DNA of 52,637 nt from a virus. The DNA lies in IMG/VR virus record IMGVR_UViG_3300035041_000009, positions 1-52,637 of that record. One strand, given 5' to 3'. Of the stretch, positions 45,805-52,637 are shown in pieces. Position numbers and translations under genes: made by a program. The notes under the pieces were generated by a model. The model worked only from the letters and a program-made list of their open reading frames with translations. It searched no databases and had not been told where the DNA came from. Position 1 is the first letter of the stretch. Each line of letters begins with the position of its first letter.

Positions 45805-46197
45805 GTGTCCGAACAAAAACGCAAAAAGAAAACGTGGCCGATAACACCAATCGGCAAGCCACGCATGACACGCCGAGACAAGTGGGCGAAGCGTCCAGCG
45901 GTAATGAGGTATTGGGCGTTTTGCGAAGAAGTCAGGGCGCGGGGAATGACGATCCCGGAAGCAGGGGCAAGGATTGAATTTCATATCCCCATGCCTAAAT
46001 CTTGGAGCAAAAAGAAGCGCAAGCTAATGAACGGCAAACCACACCAACAGAAACCGGATTTGGATAATATAATCAAAGGATGTATGGATTCGGTGTATTC
46101 CGAGGATTGCACGGTCCACGAAATCTACGCGAAAAAGGTGTGGGCTGAGACCGGCGCGATAGTGATTGAGGAGGTATTGGATGGCAAGACCAGCTAA
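45805..46197 (+). CDS. rusA: RusA-family Holliday junction resolvase
   Basis: GTG lies 6 nt after GGAGG. PMPKSWSKKKR...KPDLDNIIKGCMDS. Confidence 0.8.
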   Translation: MSEQKRKKKTWPITPIGKPRMTRRDKWAKRPAVMRYWAFCEEVRARGMTIPEAGARIEFHIPMPKSWSKKKRKLMNGKPHQQKPDLDNIIKGCMDSVYSEDCTVHEIYAKKVWAETGAIVIEEVLDGKTS

Positions 46198-47218
46198 AGA
46201 GACTGTTGACTACTTCCCTCACACAACGACCCACGGTTCAACAATGTTCATCCTGGAAGAGCAGTGGGGCAATGACGGTTATGCGTTCTGGTTTAAGATG
46301 CTGGAAATGTTGGGAGCAAAGCCTGGGTTGCACATCGACACCAATAAACCCAAGAACTGGAAGTTTCTGCTGGCGAAAACTCGCGTAACGGAGGTTTCCG
46401 CGACGGAAATACTTGACTGCCTGTCTGAACTGGAGGCAATCGACCCCGATTTATGGGGTGTCGGCGTGATCTACTCGCAAAAATTTGTAGATGGCGTCAA
46501 GTCTGCGTTTGAGAAGCGCAAGGGGTTTATTCCGTCAAAAACACAGTTGATGGAGAGTTTCCGACGCGGAAACCCCCCGACAAGTGATATTTCGGGGGGG
46601 AATCCGGCGGAAGAAACCGGGAAAGGAAAGGAAAGGGAAAGGAAAGGAAATAAAAAGGGTTCCGACAACTCTGGCGAGAAGTCGGCCCCGCCATGGCGAG
46701 AGAAGTTTGCACCCGAGGTCGTAGAGTTTGTCGAGCAGTTCCAGGGCTACGTTGCGCAGACGCAAGGGGCGAAGGCTCCGAAGGTCAACGACACATTGCT
46801 GAAAACCTGCGCAGACACGGTGGAGAAGCTGACCCGCATTGACAGCCACAGCTTGACAACGGTGGTGGACGTGATGCGCTGGGCGGTGGCAGACGAGTTC
46901 TGGTCGAGCAACGTGCTGTCACTCGCAAGCCTGCGGAAAAAGAAAGAGGCGGGTGGACAGACGAAATTTCAAAAGATTTTAGCAGCCTACGAACGCACAT
47001 CGGTTACATCGTCGGACGTGCTGAACGAGATGGTAAGGAGGATTGAAGGTGGAAAACGAACTGAGGCAGAAGGCGTTTGCGCTGATATTAAAACGATTGC
47101 TCCGCATAGCGGAACTGGCCCCACACGGTACGCCGGGACCGAAGCAGATCCAGGCGACAGCGGAACGCTGGTTGGAGGTGGTCGAGCGCAAGCAGGGGGG
47201 AACCTGGATCGCTGGTGA
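46181..47218 (+). CDS. Replication organiser/initiator (DUF4373, Lin1244-like N-terminus)
   Basis: VDYFPHTTTHGSTMFILEEQWGNDGYAFWFKMLEML. ATG follows GAGGAGG. The last ~170 nt overlap the next gene. Confidence 0.75.
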   Translation: MARPAKETVDYFPHTTTHGSTMFILEEQWGNDGYAFWFKMLEMLGAKPGLHIDTNKPKNWKFLLAKTRVTEVSATEILDCLSELEAIDPDLWGVGVIYSQKFVDGVKSAFEKRKGFIPSKTQLMESFRRGNPPTSDISGGNPAEETGKGKERERKGNKKGSDNSGEKSAPPWREKFAPEVVEFVEQFQGYVAQTQGAKAPKVNDTLLKTCADTVEKLTRIDSHSLTTVVDVMRWAVADEFWSSNVLSLASLRKKKEAGGQTKFQKILAAYERTSVTSSDVLNEMVRRIEGGKRTEAEGVCADIKTIAPHSGTGPTRYAGTEADPGDSGTLVGGGRAQAGGNLDRW

Positions 47219-47426
47219 TGGGCAGCGGATTGCTCATGCCTTCGACGAACTGGAAGCGCAGATTGTTCACTGGCCCATGCCCTCGCACCTGCTGGAGCTG
47301 ATGGCGCCGCGCAAGTCGGGCGGAGTGCTGCCGTTCCCGGAACGCACCGAGGAGGAATGCCAGGAGGGGATAGAGAAAATCCGCGCGATCCGGAAGAAAA
47401 TCAGCGAAGGCATGTCAATCCACTGA
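47049..47426 (+). CDS. Hypothetical protein (possible replication accessory)
   Basis: GTG lies 7 nt after AAGGAGG (47035-47041). Confidence 0.55.
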   Translation: MENELRQKAFALILKRLLRIAELAPHGTPGPKQIQATAERWLEVVERKQGGTWIAGDGQRIAHAFDELEAQIVHWPMPSHLLELMAPRKSGGVLPFPERTEEECQEGIEKIRAIRKKISEGMSIH

Positions 47427-47516
47427 CTGACAGCATTACGGAATAGCGGGAAAAAGAGCAAAATACCGCCTGTAATCAAAAAACGAGGCGAAAGGTATAC
47501 CCCAGTATGGGTTAGG

Positions 47517-47900
47517 GTGAGAAAGTGGCTTAGAATGGAAATTAGAGCGTGGAAGAGAGGTCATTCAGGCTGGGAGCTTTTGAGTCTGGCTGAGGCGAGA
47601 ACCCCGGACGCGATTATCAGCGCCGTGAAGTCAACAGGCGGGATCATCCGCGTGGATGTGGGCAACACAAGCCACTACCGCACCACGTCCGATCGTTCCC
47701 GCTGGGTGGCGCTGATACGCGGCAGTGGTGAAGTCAGGGAACTGGACGAGGAGGCTTTCCGCAAGACGCTGACGGGTTGGGACGAGCACGAGGGTGCGGC
47801 TCTCGAAATGGTTGAAAACATATTCGGTGAAAAAACTTATATTAAACACGTTAAATTCAATAAGGACGCTGGCACAGAAAGTAATAATAATAAAAACTAA
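47517..47900 (+). CDS. Hypothetical protein
   Basis: Track ORF. Start uncertain (GTG 47517 or ATG 47535). Confidence 0.55.
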   Translation: MRKWLRMEIRAWKRGHSGWELLSLAEARTPDAIISAVKSTGGIIRVDVGNTSHYRTTSDRSRWVALIRGSGEVRELDEEAFRKTLTGWDEHEGAALEMVENIFGEKTYIKHVKFNKDAGTESNNNKN

Positions 47901-47916
47901 CGAAAGGGGCAGTGTA

Positions 47917-48366
47917 GTGAATGATTCGGCGGAAAGTTTAGAGCAACTTTTTTTAAAAGAGCGCATACGCCACAATGCAGAATATTTAGAGCGCAGAAGG
48001 GTGGAGCCACGCCTGGGCCTGTGCCTGTCATGCGGAGAAGTTAAGATACTGGACATGGAGGGTGCCATGGGTGAGTGCAGCGAATGTCTTTCGGGGCAAA
48101 AAACGTTTGAGGGCGATGTAACGCGAGTGTTGGATAACTTAAAAGAAATTTTGCTTCAGAAAAACCGCAAGTACGGGGATGCTGCCCTCAATCCCATCCG
48201 CATCTTCGCGAAGTCTGACGCAGTGGAGCAGATCAGGGTGCGGATAGACGATAAGCTCAAGCGCATACAGAACCGGCAGGATGACGAAGACGAGGATGTG
48301 GAGTTGGATCTGTTGGGATATCTGGTGCTGCTGAGGATAGCGAAAAGGAAAGGCGGTGAAGCATGA
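47917..48366 (+). CDS. Zinc-ribbon plus DUF1599 (nucleotide-modification-associated domain 1) protein
   Basis: CLSCG...CSEC, then LLQKNRKYGDAALNP...RIDDKLKRI...DLLGYLVLL. GTG 47917 follows AAAGGGG. Confidence 0.65.
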   Translation: MNDSAESLEQLFLKERIRHNAEYLERRRVEPRLGLCLSCGEVKILDMEGAMGECSECLSGQKTFEGDVTRVLDNLKEILLQKNRKYGDAALNPIRIFAKSDAVEQIRVRIDDKLKRIQNRQDDEDEDVELDLLGYLVLLRIAKRKGGEA

Positions 48367-49073
48367 ACGTAACCCTTATATCACACACAGATATGCCCAC
48401 CACCACCTGCGCCCGCGCTGCCAGGACATGCACATCGGTACACCCGTGGGCAGAATATGACCCTGATAAACTATTACGCCGCGTACTTGACATGGGCCAT
48501 GAGTCCATCGCAGAACACGCTAGCTTTACTTTCGTAATCGAGGGCATCAGCCGCGCATGTAGTCACCAGCTTGTGAGGTACCGCCATGCCAGTTATGCCC
48601 AGCAGAGTCAGCGCTATGTGAAACTAAGCCCGGACTGTGCGAGTCACGAATGGTACGTGATGCCTGACACTGTTCAGGGCAATAGAAAAACTGCCAGCCG
48701 TATGGCCAGGGCAATGCAGGAGGTCCGCGAGGCGTACCATGACCTATTGGACGAAGGTGTGCCGGCTGAGGACGCACGCTTTGTGCTTCCCAACGCCGCA
48801 TGTACAAACATTACAGTAACGCTCAACGCCGCCGAACTCCGCCATATGATGCGGCAGAGGCTGTGCAATCGGGCGCAGTGGGAGATTAGGGCCCTTGTGG
48901 GCGAGATGGCAGAGCTTGCGCGTGGAGTTGCTCCTGTGCTGTTTGAGGGGGTTGGGCCGGCATGTTTGAGCGGGGAGTGTCCGGAAGGAAAACGCAGCTG
49001 TGGCAGATGCGGAAGACCGTTCTGGCATGATCTTGAAAAACGGAGAAAAGAAGGCGAGTTTACAAACAGCTAA
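48363..49073 (+). CDS. thyX: FAD-dependent thymidylate synthase ThyX
   Basis: HESIAEHASFTF and the ThyX motif RHASYAQQSQRY (RHRxxSxxxxSxR type). Confidence 0.88.
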   Translation: MNVTLISHTDMPTTTCARAARTCTSVHPWAEYDPDKLLRRVLDMGHESIAEHASFTFVIEGISRACSHQLVRYRHASYAQQSQRYVKLSPDCASHEWYVMPDTVQGNRKTASRMARAMQEVREAYHDLLDEGVPAEDARFVLPNAACTNITVTLNAAELRHMMRQRLCNRAQWEIRALVGEMAELARGVAPVLFEGVGPACLSGECPEGKRSCGRCGRPFWHDLEKRRKEGEFTNS

Positions 49074-49122
49074 CGCTTGCCGATAACCGGCGAGTGAAAC
49101 GATCTACATATGGAGGTGTCTA

Positions 49123-49374
49123 ATGGGATATTGCGTGTGTGGAGAAAACAGCCCAATTTGTTTTTGCTCGGGTCATCAAAACGACAAATCGAAAGAGTGG
49201 AAATATTTTGAGTTTGAGCAATGCCCATCGTGCGGAAACGATGTCGAGGTGTTGACCGACGCACCAGCCGGATATGTACAGGACGGGGATGCTGTGCGGT
49301 GCGTCGATGCCAACTGCGGTTTTCGGTCTAGTGTGTCTGTTGATGACGAAGAAATCTGGATTCAAGACGCATAG
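49123..49374 (+). CDS. Cys-rich zinc-ribbon protein
   Basis: CxC...C, CPSCG and C..NC motifs. ATG follows GGAGG. Confidence 0.6.
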   Translation: MGYCVCGENSPICFCSGHQNDKSKEWKYFEFEQCPSCGNDVEVLTDAPAGYVQDGDAVRCVDANCGFRSSVSVDDEEIWIQDA

Positions 49375-49400
49375 TGCTGGGATTAGGAAAGGATAGAGAG

Positions 49401-49682
49401 ATGGGAACAAACGCAAGCATACTTAGTTACGAAATGAATAAAAAAGATATCAACGAAGAATGGCAAAAACAAAGCGAGGCGCAGAAACGAGAGATAGCAG
49501 AACTCCGCGCACAACTGGCAAGTTATGAAGAGGTAATGAGATGCGCTAAAAATCTCGTTAGTGTAAAAGGCACGCTTCATAACTTTATGAGTATTGGTCT
49601 TCATGCAGATAATACTCCTGCTTTTAAGGCATTAGAAAAAGCTGTCCGTGCAGCGAAGGAGGTATCTAGTGGAAGATCTTAA
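49401..49682 (+). CDS. Hypothetical coiled-coil protein
   Basis: ATG follows GGATAGAGAG. Confidence 0.55.
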   Translation: MGTNASILSYEMNKKDINEEWQKQSEAQKREIAELRAQLASYEEVMRCAKNLVSVKGTLHNFMSIGLHADNTPAFKALEKAVRAAKEVSSGRS

Positions 49683-50022
49683 TTATAAAATCAAAAGAGA
49701 GAAATTCCTATGTGAAGCAATGGGCATTTGTTGGCACGAAAACTTTCCCGTGTGTGATAAATGTGGTGAAGAATATGATGTAGTCAATTTCCACAATAGT
49801 CTACCCGATTTTTCGACATGGGAAGGATTTGGAAAACTATTCGAGTGGGTAAAGGATCAGCGTTGGTATGCAAAACTGTGTTTTACGGTTATAAGGACAG
49901 GGTACTCAGCATACCCGGGCAGTGTAATGAGTATTCCAGACAAGTATATTGACCCTGATATTTTTGCTGATGCGGTTTATGAATATTTAAGTAATGTAGC
50001 GAAGGAGGCTAAGAATGACTAA
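49669..50022 (+). CDS. Hypothetical Cys-containing protein
   Basis: GTG lies 6 nt after AAGGAGG. Confidence 0.55.
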   Translation: MEDLNYKIKREKFLCEAMGICWHENFPVCDKCGEEYDVVNFHNSLPDFSTWEGFGKLFEWVKDQRWYAKLCFTVIRTGYSAYPGSVMSIPDKYIDPDIFADAVYEYLSNVAKEAKND

Positions 50023-50269
50023 TACACTAGACAAAGAATTGGCTCATGCTGACCAAGGTGTAGAAAGAGTATTGTACGAGGAAACCATGACGCTATCACC
50101 GGAAAAAGCATTGCAATTATTAGCGGCAGGAGAAAAACTAAGGAGAACTGATTGGGACGATTTTAGGTACATTTACTTATCCCCTTGTACTGATTGGCAT
50201 ATCACAGATGAAAACGGTAACGATCATCATGTTTCCGATTTCAATGATTTTGAAGTTTACAAAGAATAA
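50015..50269 (+). CDS. Small protein, possibly a short DUF2829-like variant
   Basis: ALQLLAAGEKLRRTDWDDFRYIYL...ITDENGN...DFNDFEVY loosely resembles short DUF2829 proteins. Confidence 0.5.
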   Translation: MTNTLDKELAHADQGVERVLYEETMTLSPEKALQLLAAGEKLRRTDWDDFRYIYLSPCTDWHITDENGNDHHVSDFNDFEVYKE

Positions 50270-50293
50270 TACGTGCAGCGAAGGAGGCGAGAG

Positions 50294-50488
50294 GTGAAAG
50301 TATCTAAGAAGCAAGCGATAAAGATAATTGAAAGGCTGACAAGTAGAGATGGTGGTTTTGATGACTGGTGGGTAGATATGATGGACGACATGGGCCTATA
50401 CGACGAAAATAATGATACTTGGCCCTCACTTTTCGATGTTCTTGAGGCACTTGGAGTTACTAAACAGGAGTACAGGGAGGTTATATAA
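50294..50488 (+). CDS. Hypothetical protein
   Basis: GTG 50294 follows AAGGAGG (50281-50287). Confidence 0.55.
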   Translation: MKVSKKQAIKIIERLTSRDGGFDDWWVDMMDDMGLYDENNDTWPSLFDVLEALGVTKQEYREVI

Positions 50489-50871
50489 TGAGTAATCTAA
50501 CAGAAAGACTCCGCGAACTCTCCCGCGCACAGCATGAAGATCTGAGTGTAGCGGGTGAAGCGGCGGATAGAATAGAAGTTCTCCAGCGAGATATTGTGGA
50601 ACTGAACAATACGCTTAAACAGTATAAGCGTGTACTCAAGAAAATGGCAGACTGGGATGTTGTAGAAAAAGAGCAGCGAGACTTGGAAATTGAGTGCGGA
50701 GAACGCCGTTTTAATGACCTTCTTGATATACATATGGCGCTCAGTAGAAAAAATAAAAGATACCGCGTATTGCTTGAGGAGCTGTATGCATGCTCAAACT
50801 GTCTGGAGAATTGGGATTTACCGGTAGGGTTTAAAGACATAGTGGAAGAGGTGTTGAGAGATGACGCTTGA
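50488..50871 (+). CDS. Hypothetical coiled-coil protein
   Basis: TAATG coupling. Last gene of the rightward operon. Confidence 0.6.
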   Translation: MSNLTERLRELSRAQHEDLSVAGEAADRIEVLQRDIVELNNTLKQYKRVLKKMADWDVVEKEQRDLEIECGERRFNDLLDIHMALSRKNKRYRVLLEELYACSNCLENWDLPVGFKDIVEEVLRDDA

Positions 50872-50977
50872 AGAGGTAAAGGGTGAAGAGGGCTGAGGTT
50901 TTCTTGCATAAACCCCTGAAATTTGGTACATTACAGATAGCCGTAATTCTCCTTTCTTTGGTTAGATACACCTCCTG

Positions 50978-51005
50978 GCCCCGGTTCGCACTGGGGCATT
51001 TTTTT
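50978..51005 (+). terminator. Rho-independent terminator ending the rightward early operon
   Basis: GCCCCGG-TTCGCA-CTGGGGC, followed by ATTTTTTT. Confidence 0.75.
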
Positions 51006-51972
51006 AGCGGCTCACCTTTTTAATTGTTACCGGCAAATTGTCGCTATCGCCCACAAGGATGGGAGAAATCCATTTGATTTTCGGCACCGTTCGACCTTTC
51101 CCGGTCCAATATAGGTGCCAGTGGGCTTTACGGATGTGTGCTGCCTTTGCAGGTCCGGAATCGGTGGTTTCGGCGGCGTAGCGGATTTTCTTGCCGAGAT
51201 TAAAGCCCACCTCGCGCACAGACATCCTTGGTGCCGGGAAAAACCGTATTCCCTTCTTGGTCTTCTTTGGTTGCGGGGTGTCGGGCTTTCTTCCGGCAAT
51301 GTCTGGATCGTTGGCGCAGAGGTAGAGCAGTAAAGACAAAAGCGGCGCAACTTCTGCGGCGCTGCGGGTCGCGTCTGGAAGGATGTCTTTAGCCAGACCG
51401 TTTGCCTGCTTGTTCGTTTCTTCGTACGCCGCATCTATGCATTCTGCCAGGGTTTCGCGGGTGAGATGTATGGGCATGGGTAATAGTACATCCCCCTCTT
51501 TGCTGGTTACATCCAGCAGTAGCCTGAGTTCTGTCCGCGCGGTGTTTACATCAAATTCGAGGTGGGCAAAAAAACCGTTAAGAACAGTACCGAGTGCACG
51601 GTCGTCCGCAGGGCTCATGTCCTCCGGGGTTTCAATGTAAACGCACCATTCAGGAAGGTGGTGCAGCAGTTCGTGCGGTATTTTGTCTATCGGGCTTGTG
51701 GATAGACTTTTTGCAACGTCTGTATCGAAGCGGTAGATGGTTTGCGTCACGCGCCAAGCATCCAATGCTGCCAGAGCAGACACATCAAGTATGGCCGCGC
51801 GTGGATCGTGGTATTGCCCCACGACAGCATAATGTGCTGCCATAGGGGTGAAACACCAGTCCGGCCAGGCTGGGATATCTTTCCCCTTGTCAGCTCTGAG
51901 CCTGTCAAGAGTTTTCCATGCACCAGGGTATAGGCGGGAAAAATCTGCTAGTATTTTTTGTGGTCTCAGCAT
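51004..51972 (-). CDS. Hypothetical protein (322 aa)
   Basis: ATG 51972 lies 4 nt after the upstream TAA (GGGAGCATAATCCCATG). C-terminal RKAHWHLYWTGKGRTVPKIKWISPILVG motif. No family assigned. Confidence 0.7.
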   Translation of the reverse strand: MLRPQKILADFSRLYPGAWKTLDRLRADKGKDIPAWPDWCFTPMAAHYAVVGQYHDPRAAILDVSALAALDAWRVTQTIYRFDTDVAKSLSTSPIDKIPHELLHHLPEWCVYIETPEDMSPADDRALGTVLNGFFAHLEFDVNTARTELRLLLDVTSKEGDVLLPMPIHLTRETLAECIDAAYEETNKQANGLAKDILPDATRSAAEVAPLLSLLLYLCANDPDIAGRKPDTPQPKKTKKGIRFFPAPRMSVREVGFNLGKKIRYAAETTDSGPAKAAHIRKAHWHLYWTGKGRTVPKIKWISPILVGDSDNLPVTIKKVSR

Positions 51973-51976
51973 GGGA

Positions 51977-52402
51977 TTATGCTCCCTGTATTTTTGCGCC
52001 ACACTTCTCCAGCACTTCGCGGTGACTGTCAACAATCCCGTGTCGCTGCCAGAATCTATAGGCGACATCGTGGATCGCAACTTTGCCAGCCAGCGGTAGC
52101 GCGTCGATTCGCATGCCGAACGCGCGGGGGTCGATGCCCCATTTACTGCCAAGCCCGTCATTTTCCCCAGCTTCGATTACATCTGAGCCGAGGAATAGCG
52201 CCTGCCGTCCCTCAAGGACAACGCCGTTAAGCATGTCCATGAGGTATAGCCACTCAGCTTCTTTCAGTTCCGGCATGGCATCGGCAATGACCGCCTGCCA
52301 ATCCTGGATGATTCCGGTCAGACGCCGGGAGAAAGCGCCGGGTTCATCGCACCCGATGACCGGCATGATTTCGTCGGATAAATAAATAGTTTTTCTGGGC
52401 AT
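51977..52402 (-). CDS. Hypothetical protein (141 aa)
   Basis: Track ORF. AAGGAGA SD upstream. Confidence 0.7.
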   Translation of the reverse strand: MPRKTIYLSDEIMPVIGCDEPGAFSRRLTGIIQDWQAVIADAMPELKEAEWLYLMDMLNGVVLEGRQALFLGSDVIEAGENDGLGSKWGIDPRAFGMRIDALPLAGKVAIHDVAYRFWQRHGIVDSHREVLEKCGAKIQGA

Positions 52403-52415
52403 AGTGTTTCTCCTT

Positions 52416-52440
52416 AAAAAAAGCCCCTCCGGAGAGGGGC
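52416..52440 (-). terminator. Intrinsic terminator or attenuator inside the leftward operon
   Basis: Minus strand reads GCCCCTC-TCCG-GAGGGGC, followed by T7 and then AAGGAGA and an ATG. Confidence 0.65.
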
Positions 52441-52447
52441 GGTGTGG

Positions 52448-52637
52448 TTATTCTGCGAAGTTTTTTCTTGAATCAAGCTCAGACTGAATTTCGTCTTTGT
52501 AATAATACGTATGCGTAAAGTCCGCATAGTCGAAGCGCCGTTCGGTTACGCTGTAATATATCCTGCCATTGTCGTCCTCGGCTACACGCAGAAACATATC
52601 ACCGTGTACACGGTCAATGTCTTCGATGAACATCTGT
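52448..52637 (-). CDS. 3' part of the junction-spanning 77-aa acidic protein (see 1-171)
   Basis: Track ORF 52448..52633. The reading frame continues through the 127-nt repeat to ATG 171 or 168. Confidence 0.7.
   Translation of the reverse strand, partial: QMFIEDIDRVHGDMFLRVAEDDNGRIYYSVTERRFDYADFTHTYYYKDEIQSELDSRKNFAE
52511..52637. repeat. Direct terminal repeat, copy 2 (identical to 1-127)
   Basis: Identical by direct comparison. Confidence 0.95.

Larger units (their letters stand above)
1..52637. mobile_element. Complete temperate tailed-phage genome (52,510-bp unit plus 127-bp assembly overlap), probably podovirus-like
   Basis: The terminal 127 nt are identical at both ends. A full set of packaging, head, tail, lysis, lysogeny and replication modules is present. 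No tape measure, sheath or tube gene was recognised. Confidence 0.85.

Noticed and set aside
47049-47218. The 170-nt overlap between the replication-organiser ORF and the next gene could be a programmed frameshift site.
   Set aside because: No slippery heptamer or structure was noted. The Gly/Arg/Ala-rich tail of the upstream ORF looks like fortuitous read-through, so the true stop or start choice is simply uncertain.
1-52637. CRISPR arrays, rRNA genes, transposases or IS elements.
   Set aside because: No regularly spaced short repeats, no rRNA-like sequence and no transposase motifs were seen on either strand.

Overview
The window is a complete, circularly closed genome of a temperate tailed phage. 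Nt 1-127 are repeated exactly at 52511-52637, giving a unit length of 52,510 bp, and one small minus-strand gene is split across that junction.

Layout:
- 1165-7184: packaging and head genes (TerS, TerL, portal, scaffold, N4-gp56-type major capsid).
- 7240-16437: connector and tail genes. These include a fibre with an FGE-sulfatase/C-type-lectin tip and a J-like protein with an HxH-rich needle.
- 16566-30367: internal/ejection proteins, ending in a 3,480-aa polyvalent protein with SNF2 helicase, N6-MTase, ParB-like and HExxH modules.
- 30436-31415: lysis cassette with its own promoter.
- 31419-33709: accessory island. It holds micro-ORFs, tRNA-Tyr, an N4-gp49+DUF2829 (Tad2-like) fusion, a stand-alone NrdD-type glycyl-radical peptide, a lipoprotein and a DUF1353 protein.
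- 33696-36344: P4-type integrase with an attP that is the 3' part of a tRNA-Arg(CCU), a two-gene moron, a CI-like repressor and an operator-bearing rightward promoter.
- 36394-50871: rightward early region. It encodes KilA-N, AlpA, Rad52-type annealase plus YqaJ exonuclease, HNH, SSB, Dam, MazG, a C5-MTase, DUF968, RusA, a DUF4373 replication organiser, DUF1599 and ThyX.
- 51004 through the junction to 738: a leftward operon of acidic or unknown proteins.

No tail tube, sheath or tape-measure gene is recognisable, so a short-tailed morphology is inferred. No rRNA genes, CRISPR arrays or reverse transcriptase were seen.

The most unusual observation is the cytosine-methyltransferase locus (44229-45464). 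Two ORFs of about 400 codons overlap completely on the same strand, and both translations carry recognisable conserved motifs.

All family assignments come from motif recognition by eye. No database search was run.
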